DNA of 64,000 bases from Escherichia coli. Lineage in GTDB: Bacteria; Pseudomonadota; Gammaproteobacteria; Enterobacterales; Enterobacteriaceae. Shown piece by piece: positions 1 to 9,732 of the stretch. Position numbers and translations under genes: made by a program. Position 1 is the first letter of the stretch; each line of letters starts with the position of its first letter. The notes below the pieces were generated by a model, which saw nothing but the letters and a program-made list of their open reading frames with translations, did no database searches and was not told where the DNA came from. The stretch lies in NCBI RefSeq assembly GCF_022493755.1, contig NZ_CP028767.1. One strand, written 5' to 3'.

Positions 1-98
1 CTGGGTAACATCGGGTTCATGCTAAGATAGAGCCTTGTCCCCCGCAGGATTGATATGGGGTGTTTTCGATTTCAGATTACCGATGATTCACGACGCTT

Positions 99-581
99 AT
101 GACGAAGAAAAAAGCACATAAACCTGGTTCAGCGACCATCGCGCTTAACAAGCGCGCCCGTCACGAATACTTTATCGAAGAAGAGTTCGAAGCGGGACTT
201 GCCCTGCAAGGCTGGGAGGTTAAATCCCTGCGCGCAGGAAAAGCCAATATCAGCGACAGCTACGTCCTTCTGCGTGACGGAGAGGCATTTCTGTTTGGCG
301 CTAACATCACGCCAATGGCCGTGGCCTCCACGCATGTGGTGTGCGATCCTACCCGTACCCGCAAGTTACTTCTCAACCAACGCGAACTGGACTCATTGTA
401 CGGTCGCGTCAATCGAGAAGGCTATACCGTAGTGGCGCTCTCCCTGTACTGGAAAAATGCCTGGTGCAAAGTGAAAATCGGCGTCGCCAAAGGTAAAAAA
501 CAGCACGATAAACGTTCAGATATCAAAGAACGCGAATGGCAGGTGGATAAAGCACGTATCATGAAAAACGCCCACCGTTAA
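99..581 (+). CDS. smpB: SsrA-binding protein SmpB
   Basis: 160-aa ORF with recognisable SmpB sequence, directly upstream of tmRNA. Confidence 0.95.
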
Positions 582-795
582 ACCTGCACTCCAATTATTG
601 ACCAGTTCCTCACCGCGCCTCCCTCTCCGGCGGCGCGAATGAACATCTTATTGGCTATCACATCCGACACAAATGTTGCCATCCCATTGCTTAATCGAAT
701 AAAAATCAGGCTACATGGGTGCTAAATCTTTAACGATAACGCCATTGAGGCTGGTCATGGCGCTCATAAATCTGGTATACTTACCTTTACACATT

Positions 796-1158
796 GGGGC
801 TGATTCTGGATTCGACGGGATTTGCGAAACCCAAGGTGCATGCCGAGGGGCGGTTGGCCTCGTAAAAAGCCGCAAAAAATAGTCGCAAACGACGAAAACT
901 ACGCTTTAGCAGCTTAATAACCTGCTTAGAGCCCTCTCTCCCTAGCCTCCGCTCTTAGGACGGGGATCAAGAGAGGTCAAACCCAAAAGAGATCGCGTGG
1001 AAGCCCTGCCTGGGGTTGAAGCGTTAAAACTTAATCAGGCTAGTTTGTTAGTGGCGTGTCCGTCCGCAGCTGGCAAGCGAATGTAAAGACTGACTAAGCA
1101 TGTAGTACCGAGGATGTAGGAATTTCGGACGCGGGTTCAACTCCCGCCAGCTCCACCA
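796..1158 (+). ncRNA. ssrA: tmRNA (SsrA), 363 nt, ends in CCA
   Basis: Starts GGGGCTGATTCTGGATTCGACGGG, contains the tag reading frame ANDENYALAA-stop, ends ...GCCAGCTCCACCA. Confidence 0.95.
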
Positions 1159-1220
1159 AATAAATCAAGGGGTTACGTGAAAGCGTAGCCCTTTTTTCTT
1201 TAGTAGTGGCGGCAAAATGG
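1144..1220. repeat. Direct repeat copy 1 (ssrA 3' end plus terminator); att-like island boundary
   Basis: About 76 bp re-occurring at 35838-35913 with a few mismatches and one indel. Confidence 0.8.
1170..1201 (+). terminator. Rho-independent terminator of ssrA
   Basis: 8-bp stem GGGTTACG/CGTAGCCC (one G-T wobble), 6-nt loop, followed by TTTTTTCTT. Confidence 0.7.
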
Positions 1221-1266
1221 CGGCAGACATTCAGTCAAGCCCAGTTGCTACTACATGCGATCGCAA

Positions 1267-2040
1267 TTACAACTTAAAGAGTTTCGCTTGCCCTGGATTA
1301 ACAGCTTCGACGTAGTTTTTGACCCCTATTCTGTGCGGCTCATAATTGCTTGAATAGAAATCAATCAGGAAGTCACTCATTTTCTGAGATGTGACTTTCA
1401 TAACTCCCTTACTCAAAGTTAAATTAAACACGCTAATCTTTGACGATGGTGCCTGAGTTTTACTCATGTTGGCTTGATAACCAGATTTACGCATTGCCAC
1501 TAGTGCTTCGTCGTAAGCCGCTTGTAATTGGGCCAAATCGTTTGACGAGATGATCACATCATCCATAAACACACTTAGCTTGAGATCATGATGTTTGTTC
1601 AATCGGCGTAGTAAGCTACCAAAATAACTTTTATCTAAGCAGAGGGTTGCAAGTATTGGAGATTGAACAAAACCAAAAGGGAGGACATGCTTATGTGGAC
1701 TATGGGACAAGTTTCTTACAGTTGAAAATGTTGAGATTTCCCGCGCTTGAGAATAGGTGAAGTAGCTCTTTAGATCACGGGTGATACGACTACGGCTCGT
1801 TGACTGAAAAAATTGTTTAATATCAACAACGGCAAAAAAATCACTTTTTAAGTGTAATCTGGCAGCTTTAAGATGCCCACCAGTTCTTAGATGGTAAAAA
1901 TAGAGTGGCGGAATCCACTTGTTTCTGACAGCCTGAAGTATCTTCCCTCCGACTTTACGTGCCTCAACGCTTGGGACATAAACCCAAACCCCGGGCTTAA
2001 TCTCAAATTTATCTTCCCACCTTTGAACTTCTATTGTCAT
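1267..2040 (-). CDS. Compact reverse transcriptase (retron/Abi-like), 257 aa
   Basis: RT motifs visible in the translation: FFAVVDIKQFF (motif 2), LPFGFVQSPILATL (motif 4), FMDD (motif 5, YxDD-type), ANMSKT (motif 6), KVTS (degenerate VTG-like). No maturase/X domain. Confidence 0.8.
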   Translation of the reverse strand: MTIEVQRWEDKFEIKPGVWVYVPSVEARKVGGKILQAVRNKWIPPLYFYHLRTGGHLKAARLHLKSDFFAVVDIKQFFQSTSRSRITRDLKSYFTYSQAREISTFSTVRNLSHSPHKHVLPFGFVQSPILATLCLDKSYFGSLLRRLNKHHDLKLSVFMDDVIISSNDLAQLQAAYDEALVAMRKSGYQANMSKTQAPSSKISVFNLTLSKGVMKVTSQKMSDFLIDFYSSNYEPHRIGVKNYVEAVNPGQAKLFKL

Positions 2041-2182
2041 GAGTTAAATTGTTGTAGTTGAAGGCCATGTTAAGAACGGCGTAAACCGCACCAACTAAGC
2101 CAACAAACGCGGTTGCGCATTTGAGCATAGCGGTGATCAGTTCAACACGCGCCTTAACTAAGCCAAGTTCGTTTGTATCCAT
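2009..2182 (-). CDS. Small hydrophobic peptide (one predicted TM helix), 57 aa from second ATG
   Basis: Only open frame in this stretch; GGAGG Shine-Dalgarno 8 nt upstream of the ATG at 2182; hydrophobic core ITAMLKCATAFVGLVGAVYAVLNMAF; 3' end overlaps the RT start by 32 nt. Confidence 0.5.
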   Translation of the reverse strand: MDTNELGLVKARVELITAMLKCATAFVGLVGAVYAVLNMAFNYNNLTHDNRSSKVGR

Positions 2183-2197
2183 AACTTGTTCCTCCAT

Positions 2198-2385
2198 AGA
2201 TACCTGACGTCTCTTAGCGCAAGCGCATGGCCCTAACTAAATAAAAAATAACAACCAGTTAGCCCAGAAAGCTTAACAAGTCGGCGTCCGATTACATGGC
2301 AATCAGGTAATCGGTCCGCAGTCGCAAAGCGACAAACTACATATCTACGGAGTGGGGATAAATCCCCGCTAACGTCAGGCATTGT
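2198..2385 (-). ncRNA. Candidate structured ncRNA (retron msr-msd-like) upstream of the peptide and RT
   Basis: Inverted repeats at 2203-2220 and 2364-2379 can pair over about 12 bp with a 4-nt bulge; at least three internal hairpins between them. Confidence 0.35.
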
Positions 2386-2443
2386 TAATTTAACCTCAAC
2401 TTATAGAAAAGTATAGTTTTAAATCATGTAGTTATGTCGCCAT

Positions 2444-2662
2444 TTAAATCGGCAAACCCACCTGTTTAAATTTATGAGGATGCGGCTGAACCGGATTTGA
2501 CTCTTTTGGCGTTGCAATCGAACGAACAAAAGTTTCATGGGTAACAAAAGTATGGCTGCAGTTAATGTTCTGGCACTGGTTGTAACGCTCTTTGGTCAAT
2601 GAAGATACCTGAAAACTGCTGCGAGTATGGGCGGCACTTCCACACAGTGGGCAAATCATCAT
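2444..2662 (-). CDS. ogr: P2 Ogr-like late-gene activator (zinc finger)
   Basis: MMICPLCGSAAH...YNQCQNINCSHTF matches the Ogr Cys4 pattern; sits after gene D as in P2. Start placed at the internal Met. Confidence 0.85.
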   Translation of the reverse strand: MMICPLCGSAAHTRSSFQVSSLTKERYNQCQNINCSHTFVTHETFVRSIATPKESNPVQPHPHKFKQVGLPI

Positions 2663-2752
2663 TTTTCGAGTTCTCCCCATTTTTGCTAAATTCACAATAA
2701 TGATATCGCATTATTCCATTTTTCAAACTTAAAAGTTCTCCATTGTGAAGAA

Positions 2753-3853
2753 TCATTCCATTTCGAGATCATCAACCTTCACTTCAAGCTCAAGACTGGT
2801 CGTAAAACCATTATCCGGGCTGACGGTATGTGTCAGAGTCGTAATGGTCCATTCCGCATCATCTATCGGCTGTTTAAAGCCACTGACTTTCACTGGCATT
2901 TCCGTGTAGAGATCTGCCCGCCCTTCCGCCAGTTGTAGCGAGAATGACGCAACGCCGCGTTGCAGGCGTTCCCACTGCATTTTCGCTGCCCGTTCAGCGT
3001 TGCTCCGGTTGGCATAAGTGCGATTAAGTACCAGCACGTTTTCATCCGTACCCACCAGGTAATCGCCCTGCTTCGCTTCCGGCTCTTTCTTCTGCTTCTT
3101 AGTCCTGCGCTTACGCTTCACCGTGGTGCTTTCTTTCTTCGCGGGTTCGCGGGTATGCAACCAGCTGGCAATTATGCCCGTATAGGCTCCGCGATCTGCC
3201 AGGGTAAAGCGGTGACTGTCGCCGTCCTTACGTGTGATAGTGATCACCGGCAGTGGTTTACCGCTGGCACTTTTGCCCTGTCCCTGCCGGATGAATAACA
3301 GATTGCCATTTTTCACCGACGCAATAGCACCGTACTGGCGCGCCAGCCGCATCAGAAAACTACCGTCACTCTCATTAGTCTGGTCTATATGCTCCACGAG
3401 CTTATCCGACAGGTCTTTACCCAGTACCATCTTCAGCTTGTGCCGCGCGGCTATCTCCTTCACCACTTCCCCAATGGTGGTCTTGTGCCACGATTTTTCA
3501 CGGCGGGTATTCAGCGTTTCCCGAAAATCAGCACTTCGCGCCCGGATAGTCAGGCGGTCCGGTGCGCCAGTGTGTTCAATCTCGTCCACCGTGAATGCCC
3601 CTTTCGGGAAAAGCGGCTGCCCCTTCCAGCCCAGCGCCAGCGTAATGACCGCACCACGGCGCGGCAGCACGATTTTCCCGTCGGCATCGTCCAGCTCCAG
3701 ATCAAGCTGGTCTGCTTCAAAGCCCCGATTGTCCGTCAGAGTCAGACTCATCAGGCGGTTATCCAGCACAGTAGTGATATCCCTGCCCTCAATACTGATG
3801 CTGAATGCCGGAGTTTTGTTGCTTTTGTTAAGCAGTTCAGAGCTGAAATTCAC
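2753..3853 (-). CDS. P2 gpD-like tail protein (late control D)
   Basis: 366-aa ORF in the P2 position after U, upstream of ogr. Confidence 0.85.
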   Translation of the reverse strand: MNFSSELLNKSNKTPAFSISIEGRDITTVLDNRLMSLTLTDNRGFEADQLDLELDDADGKIVLPRRGAVITLALGWKGQPLFPKGAFTVDEIEHTGAPDRLTIRARSADFRETLNTRREKSWHKTTIGEVVKEIAARHKLKMVLGKDLSDKLVEHIDQTNESDGSFLMRLARQYGAIASVKNGNLLFIRQGQGKSASGKPLPVITITRKDGDSHRFTLADRGAYTGIIASWLHTREPAKKESTTVKRKRRTKKQKKEPEAKQGDYLVGTDENVLVLNRTYANRSNAERAAKMQWERLQRGVASFSLQLAEGRADLYTEMPVKVSGFKQPIDDAEWTITTLTHTVSPDNGFTTSLELEVKVDDLEME

Positions 3854-4335
3854 GACAGCAGCCCTCCCACCGTTTTACTGATATCGCTTAAGGCAGACGT
3901 TGCCGTTTCCTGCAGATTATTCAGTTGCGCACTGAGATCACCGAACATATCGGACAGGGATTCATCCACCCGTTTGAGCGACAGGGTGAACTCAATCCGG
4001 CGCGGCATACCGTCGCGGAAAAACTCCGTTTTAGTCTGATTCAGTCCCTCAATCACATACATGCCATAAATCGTGCCGCTGCCTTCAATCAGGGGCCATG
4101 CTTTCCCCTGTTCTGCCATCTGCTCCAGTGCCAGCAACGACAGCCTGCCACCTGTTATCTCCGGCATAAGAACACCGGAAAGCGTCAGCATGTCGTTGTC
4201 CGGTCCCAGAAACTGCGTGGACGGACGTCGGTTTACCCGGCTGTTTGCCGCATGTCGCCAGCTGCGTTGATACTGCAGCTCCTGATACGGCACGGTGCGC
4301 AGCATAAACACGTACAATCCCAGCACCATCATCAT
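3850..4335 (-). CDS. P2 gpU-like tail protein
   Basis: 161 aa, overlaps D and T stop/start, P2 gene order. Confidence 0.8.
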   Translation of the reverse strand: MMMVLGLYVFMLRTVPYQELQYQRSWRHAANSRVNRRPSTQFLGPDNDMLTLSGVLMPEITGGRLSLLALEQMAEQGKAWPLIEGSGTIYGMYVIEGLNQTKTEFFRDGMPRRIEFTLSLKRVDESLSDMFGDLSAQLNNLQETATSALSDISKTVGGLLS

Positions 4336-7300
4336 GCGTCGTATCCCCCCTGATCGCTGTAGTTACTCCTGGCTTTTGCCTTCAGCCTGCGTTCACGTTC
4401 ATCAAGCTGGCGGGCCACCTCCCGCGCAATATCCTGCGCACTTTGTCCTGGCTGCGTCTGAATGATGATCTGCATCGGTGCCTCAATCCGTTGAACGGGC
4501 GGCACAGTGGCTGCACGACTCACCATCGCTTCGCCGCCTTTCGCGGGAAGTGCCAAAGGGTGCAACGGTGGAAGCTCTGCAGGCGCGGCAGCAACGCCCA
4601 TCATTCCGGCAACAACGGCAGCCAGTGCAGCTGTATTTCTCCGGCTGGTCACATTTGCCGGGCCGTTAACAATTTCCGGCCCGTTTTCACCGACGATGCC
4701 AAACTGCCCGCGCGGGATATAGCCGCCGCTGTCATACATCCCCGCAAAGCCATATCCCCATGACGGAAAACCACCCGATGGCATCATCACTTTACCGTCT
4801 GCATTCACCGTCGCAGGTTGCTGACGCGTCACGCTTTCCGGCAGTTTTGCCTTTGCGGCCTCTTTACTGATAATGCCGAGCTTCTCCAGCAACCAGGAAA
4901 CGCCGGATTTCAGGGAGTCCAGCGGATGCATGACCATATTCAGCCCTTCCGCCAGTGCCTCCCCGAATCGTCGCCCCATTGCCGCTGCGCTCTGCAGTTC
5001 GGCAGAAGTCGACTTAACGGGCGTCAGCAGATCAGTAAACCAGCCCCACAGCGCCTGCACTTTGTCACCAATCCACTGGAACACAGGCTTAAGCGGTTCG
5101 AACGCTGCACTGATGGGACCTGCCGCCGCTTTGAATCCTTCCACCACGCCACCGAGAAATGCGGTGATGGGTTGCCAGTATTTCCAGACAACCAGTGCCA
5201 CACCCGCCAGTGCAGTAACCACAAGACCTATCGGACTGAGCAGAGCACCTAACAGACCAGATACGGCATACAGGGCAACGCGCAACATCGCCAGTGGACC
5301 AGATGCCAGTACTCGCAGCACCGTGCCTGCGGCAGCCAGCCCGCCGCGTAGTGCTGCCAGTGGATTCATAAACATCACAGCAACCGCACGTAAACCGGAT
5401 AATCCAGACCGCAAAAGTGCAACCGGCGCACCTGCTACAGTTTTCAGGACATTTCCCGTCAGTGATGCCGTGCGGCGCAAAGACGACAACGGCGCAGTAA
5501 GTAAACCTGCGGCGTTGCCCGATGAAGCAAGCCCGCGTCGCAGCAGTGCCAGTGGTGCGCCAGCCAGCCAGGACAACGCGCTGCTGGTTCGAGTTACTGC
5601 TGCCGTAACGGAAGATAACGTTTTGATACCCAACACAGAGAATCCCAGACGGATCACTGCCAGCGGCCCCAGCACTGCAGCCAGCGCCACCGCTAAGGTG
5701 CCGAGGCCGACGGTAACCGCAGCCACAACAGCCGATGCTTTCATCAGTGTGCCTGTCAGTTCCGGGTTAGCTTCCACCCAGCGACGCAACGCCCCCGTGA
5801 CGCTTTTCACCGTGTACAGAATATCCATCAGCGGCTGGCGCAGCGTTTCGCCCAGGCTGCTGAAGGTGTTCTGCGCTCCGGTTTTGACCAGCAACCACTG
5901 CGCAGAAAGTGAATCCTTGTTAATGTCGGATTCTTTCTGCATGGAGCCAAGCGCATCATTGCCCGCTGTCAGTTTTAACTGACGCTGCAGTTCCGGCAGG
6001 TTGTTTGCCAGTTTCGCCGCGTCATCGCCAAACTCTTTACCAAACAACATAGTCATGGCAGACAGGCGCTTGTCCTGCGGCAGCGCGTTTACCTTCTCCA
6101 GCACGCGCTGGATGGTTCCCATCGCATCCTTCGTCATCTGCTTTTCAATCACTTCAGGATTGAGTTTCAGCAGATTCATCCCTTCAAAGAAACTCTTGCT
6201 TTGCATGGTGGCAATGGACAATTCACGCACCATCGCGTTTGCTGCACTGGCTGCAACCTCCGGCGCAGCGCCCAGTGTCAGGAAGGTGGAACCCAGCGCC
6301 GCCGCTTTACGATAATCCAGACGGTCAGCCACACCGCCCAGACGTTGCATCACATCAATGATGTCTGCCCCTTTCGACATGGCGTTATCATCCAGATAGT
6401 TCAGCGCATCACCGAGCTGTTCAATATTGCGGGTGGGGATTTTGTAGAGCTGGGCGATTTTCCCCAGACTTTCTGACAGTTCATCCGCTGGCAGCTCAAA
6501 GGCTGTTGCCGCCTTTGCTGCCGTACTGGCGAAGGCCAGCAGGTCACGTTTCTGATCTTCCCAGCTGTCGTCAGGGTTTGCGACGTTCATGCGCGCACCA
6601 CCTTCAACCAGTGCAGCGAAGTCCACCGCACCGTTTTCCATCGGCAACTGTTCGCTGGCAGCCTTGATGGCATCCTGCATTTCATAAAAACGTGCAGTGC
6701 GGTTGCCATTATCGTCACGCAGACCATTGACCTGCTTTGCCACACCTTTCATGGCATCTTCCATGCTGGTATAGCTTTTTACTGCCGCCATCACTGGCGC
6801 ACCCATTGCCAGCCCTGCAGCCGTGGTGGTGGCTCCGGCACCTGCAATACGATCACGCACCTCCAGCGAACGGGCATAACTGGCACGCGCTGCATTCATC
6901 CTGCGCTGAGCTTCCCCCAGTCGCTTCAGCCGCGCCTCCTGTTTCGAAAGTTCCTGGTTATAACGTGATGTTTCACGGGCTAAACGGGCAGTTGCTCCCG
7001 CATCGTCTTTCGCAGAAATTCCCGCCCGGTACAGTTCAGCACGCACAAGCGCCGTCTGCTGCTGCAGCTTTTTCTGGCGTTCTTCCAGGCGCTGAACAGC
7101 CAGCCGTTGACGGCCCAGAGCAACAACCTGACGTTGCGAAGGCGGCCCCATCGCTCCCAGTTCCTGACTGAGCAAATTTGCACGCTGGCGGGCATAGTTC
7201 AGCCTGTCGCCTAATTTCTGATTTTCTGCCTGCAGCTTTCGGAAGCTGTCCAGACTGCTCCCGGCCTGATCAAGCTGCTTTATTGCATCGCGGGATTTTT

Positions 7301-7409
7301 TGACAGCAGCAGCCAGTTCTCTTGAACTGGCCTGCGCAGATCGAAATGGGCGGGTGAGCTTGTCAACCGCATTAAGAATGACCTGCAGACGCAGGTTGTT
7401 ATCACTCAT
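4332..7409 (-). CDS. Tail tape measure protein (gpT-like), 1025 aa
   Basis: Long coiled-coil N-terminus, Ala/Gly/Leu-rich repeat region, position after E/E+E'. Confidence 0.9.
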   Translation of the reverse strand: MSDNNLRLQVILNAVDKLTRPFRSAQASSRELAAAVKKSRDAIKQLDQAGSSLDSFRKLQAENQKLGDRLNYARQRANLLSQELGAMGPPSQRQVVALGRQRLAVQRLEERQKKLQQQTALVRAELYRAGISAKDDAGATARLARETSRYNQELSKQEARLKRLGEAQRRMNAARASYARSLEVRDRIAGAGATTTAAGLAMGAPVMAAVKSYTSMEDAMKGVAKQVNGLRDDNGNRTARFYEMQDAIKAASEQLPMENGAVDFAALVEGGARMNVANPDDSWEDQKRDLLAFASTAAKAATAFELPADELSESLGKIAQLYKIPTRNIEQLGDALNYLDDNAMSKGADIIDVMQRLGGVADRLDYRKAAALGSTFLTLGAAPEVAASAANAMVRELSIATMQSKSFFEGMNLLKLNPEVIEKQMTKDAMGTIQRVLEKVNALPQDKRLSAMTMLFGKEFGDDAAKLANNLPELQRQLKLTAGNDALGSMQKESDINKDSLSAQWLLVKTGAQNTFSSLGETLRQPLMDILYTVKSVTGALRRWVEANPELTGTLMKASAVVAAVTVGLGTLAVALAAVLGPLAVIRLGFSVLGIKTLSSVTAAVTRTSSALSWLAGAPLALLRRGLASSGNAAGLLTAPLSSLRRTASLTGNVLKTVAGAPVALLRSGLSGLRAVAVMFMNPLAALRGGLAAAGTVLRVLASGPLAMLRVALYAVSGLLGALLSPIGLVVTALAGVALVVWKYWQPITAFLGGVVEGFKAAAGPISAAFEPLKPVFQWIGDKVQALWGWFTDLLTPVKSTSAELQSAAAMGRRFGEALAEGLNMVMHPLDSLKSGVSWLLEKLGIISKEAAKAKLPESVTRQQPATVNADGKVMMPSGGFPSWGYGFAGMYDSGGYIPRGQFGIVGENGPEIVNGPANVTSRRNTAALAAVVAGMMGVAAAPAELPPLHPLALPAKGGEAMVSRAATVPPVQRIEAPMQIIIQTQPGQSAQDIAREVARQLDERERRLKAKARSNYSDQGGYDA

Positions 7410-7838
7410 CGTTGGCCCCGCTTCTCTGAATCGCTTTATACCGCCATTCCAGCACTTCGGTCAGCGGCATAACGTCAGTAACGGATGGCGGCCAGTGAAA
7501 AATGGTGGCGATATCTGCCACCAGATCGTCAACCGTCAGGCTGTCGGTAAACCGGCAAGCACCGACTTCTTCAACAAAAAAGTGACAACCTCAACCGACA
7601 TGGCAGTGAGATCTGCCGGGTCCATCTCTGCAATTTCCTGTGCAGTCAGTGCCGGACTGGAGATGCGGGGGATCACGGTCATCATCGCGTTTACATCCAT
7701 ATCCATAATGGCCTGCAGGCGTGTACCGCGTAGCGCACCGGACTGCGGTTTACGCAGCACAATTTCGGTGATTTCTGTTTTACCGCGCTTGATGGGGGTA
7801 TCCAGTTGAATGGTCTTTTCAGTCTGCTTATCGCTCAT
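7407..7838 (-). CDS. gpE+E' frameshift-extended chaperone (-1 programmed frameshift)
   Basis: -1 frame after TTTTTTG stays open to a TGA overlapping the T start codon. Confidence 0.6.
7536..7838 (-). CDS. Tail assembly chaperone gpE
   Basis: 100-aa ORF upstream of T; contains a TTTTTTG slippery heptamer near its 3' end. Confidence 0.85.
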   Translation of the reverse strand: MSDKQTEKTIQLDTPIKRGKTEITEIVLRKPQSGALRGTRLQAIMDMDVNAMMTVIPRISSPALTAQEIAEMDPADLTAMSVEVVTFLLKKSVLAGLPTA

Positions 7839-7892
7839 TTTGCTGTCCTGTCAATTGGGTTCTGGCGCGGTATCCCGCGCCGTTCAGATATA

Positions 7893-8408
7893 TCAGAGGC
7901 CGAGGGCGTTGCGGTGCGCTTCCATCAGGTCCACACCGTCCACAATTTCCACCATGTTGATAAGGTCCACTTCATAGAGCACCTCACCATTGATGGTCAG
8001 CTTCGCGTAGCTGTTGGTACTGGTCACTTTGGTGGTGTTGCTTTCGCCCGTCTTCCACTCGCCGGAATCCACTTCTTTGTGACGTCCACGCACGACAAGC
8101 TCCACGGCCTGCACTTCCCCGGTATCGTCACGCTGAATAGAGCCGGTAAAGCGCAGCTGGATGCCATCCACCGTGGCTTTACCCATCTGTTTAAACAGCA
8201 GCAATTCAGTACCACCAATGGAAAATTCTGTGTCCAGCGCACTGTCATCAAGCCCCAGATCCACATCCACCGCACCCGGCATTCCGCCGCCGCGATACTT
8301 CTCATATTTGCGGGTAAATTTCGGCAGCGTCAGCGACTCAACGATCCCCTGCCAGTTGTTCCCGTCGTTAAACAGGTTCAGGTGTTTTAATTTGCGTGGT
8401 AATGCCAT
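7893..8408 (-). CDS. Tail tube protein (gpFII-like)
   Basis: 171 aa, P2 order FI-FII-E. Confidence 0.9.
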   Translation of the reverse strand: MALPRKLKHLNLFNDGNNWQGIVESLTLPKFTRKYEKYRGGGMPGAVDVDLGLDDSALDTEFSIGGTELLLFKQMGKATVDGIQLRFTGSIQRDDTGEVQAVELVVRGRHKEVDSGEWKTGESNTTKVTSTNSYAKLTINGEVLYEVDLINMVEIVDGVDLMEAHRNALGL

Positions 8409-8417
8409 GTTGTCCCC

Positions 8418-9590
8418 TTACGCGCTGACCTGGCTGGCGAAATTCACCAGGTACTGATCGGTGATGCGCTGACGCAGCATCAGGTTTTCAAGTGGCGGCA
8501 CTGGCGTGTAGTCGTAGTCGATGGTGAGTTTTCCGGCTTTCAGCGTGTCTTTGTCGTTCACCGACTCATCCAGCCAGCAATCACCACCAATGAGATAGCC
8601 CTGACTGACCAGGCTGCGCATTTTGGCGCGGATACCTTCGATAATGTCGCGGGCCAGCGACGGGTTAAGCGGTTTATCCACCGCCCACATGTGTGCTTCT
8701 GCCATCGTGTCCATCAGCACCTGCGCCGTGCGGGTGTAGTTTTCGAAGGCAAAGAGCGGGTCATCACTCAGGCAGCGGGAACCCCAGAAGCGGAAACCGT
8801 CTTTACGCACAAGCGTGGTGACGTCGTTCTGGTTCAGCAGACCTGCATCGGTTGCCGGGTCCTGCAGATCCCAGAACACATCTGCAGAAATTCCGGTGAC
8901 ACCGTTCACGCCCACGTTGGACAGGCTTTTGTGCCATCCGGTCTGCTCGTCAATTTTGGCGCGCAGACCAAGCGCACGGGCGGTGGCATATGCCGTTGCT
9001 TCGGCATTCAGCACCGTGTCCCAGCCAGTAAAGTCAGGCCAGATCAGCATCCCTTCGCGCTGGCTGAAGTTTTCGCGGTAAGTGATCGCCTCCTGCACTG
9101 TCTTGCAGCCATACGCTGACAGGTAAGCAAATCCACGCAGGCTTTGCGCCACGCTCAGCAACTCAGTAGCTACCGCCTTGGTGTCGTGGCCTGGCACGCC
9201 GAGAATGCGCGGTTTAACGCCGAGCTGTGACTGGGCAGATAACAGGGCTTTCATACCTGTTTTTTTACCTTCAGCAGTCACTGCGCCGATGATATTGGTC
9301 GTGGTTTCGTCTTCCGTTTCACCCTGCGGCACACGCACAACAATGGTCACGGGTTTTGCCTGGTCAGCGATGGCATCCAGCGAACGGGCCAGAGTACCTG
9401 ACTCACCCGCTTTACCGCTGGCAGTCAGCACATCAGTGATCAGCACGGGTTTATTAAGAGGAAACATTTTTGCATCGGCATCATCGCCCGTGCAGACCAT
9501 ACCCACGATGGCGGTGCTCACCGTGGTAATAGATCGGGTGCCTTCGTTGACTTCAACAACGCGCACCCCGTGGTGGTAATCCTGAGCCAT
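8418..9590 (-). CDS. Contractile tail sheath protein (gpFI-like)
   Basis: 390 aa, sheath-like sequence, upstream of FII. Confidence 0.9.
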   Translation of the reverse strand: MAQDYHHGVRVVEVNEGTRSITTVSTAIVGMVCTGDDADAKMFPLNKPVLITDVLTASGKAGESGTLARSLDAIADQAKPVTIVVRVPQGETEDETTTNIIGAVTAEGKKTGMKALLSAQSQLGVKPRILGVPGHDTKAVATELLSVAQSLRGFAYLSAYGCKTVQEAITYRENFSQREGMLIWPDFTGWDTVLNAEATAYATARALGLRAKIDEQTGWHKSLSNVGVNGVTGISADVFWDLQDPATDAGLLNQNDVTTLVRKDGFRFWGSRCLSDDPLFAFENYTRTAQVLMDTMAEAHMWAVDKPLNPSLARDIIEGIRAKMRSLVSQGYLIGGDCWLDESVNDKDTLKAGKLTIDYDYTPVPPLENLMLRQRITDQYLVNFASQVSA

Positions 9591-9666
9591 AGTGGCGAAC
9601 CTCCTGATTGGATTAGGCTTCGCCCTATGTTGAAGTGATTGTGCCTGACAAACAGCTAAGCGCAGT

Positions 9667-9684
9667 TGTGTCGTTATTCACACA
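9667..9684. promoter_or_regulatory. Ogr-type late promoter dyad (TGT-N12-ACA) upstream of FI
   Basis: TGTGTCGTTATTCACACA lies 77-94 bp upstream of the FI start codon. Confidence 0.45.
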
Positions 9685-9732
9685 AAATAACGGTATTTGT
9701 CTGCTTGCAGGGATAATCAACATAATGCTGAT

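Noticed and set aside
129-432. Two short ORFs overlapping smpB
   Set aside because: Alternative-frame artefacts inside a conserved gene.
1267-2040. Group II intron reverse transcriptase/maturase
   Set aside because: No maturase (X) or endonuclease domain, ORF far too short, no intron domain V/VI-like RNA structure flanking the ORF.
2241-2260. Resemblance of AAAAAATAA to the start of the P2 attP core
   Set aside because: Only ~9 nt match; too short to call an att core.
1267-2443. Diversity-generating retroelement (DGR)
   Set aside because: No template/variable repeat pair found near the RT or the tail-fibre genes, no Avd-like gene, and the RT is shorter than DGR RTs.
2663-2695. N-terminal 11 codons of the ORF-track ogr call
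   Set aside because: The Ogr zinc-finger alignment starts at the internal Met (MMICPLC); the upstream extension is probably not translated.
4873-5982. 369-aa ORF antisense to the tape-measure gene
   Set aside because: Shadow ORF inside a GC-rich Ala/Ser/Pro-rich region of a well-supported long gene; no RBS or context.
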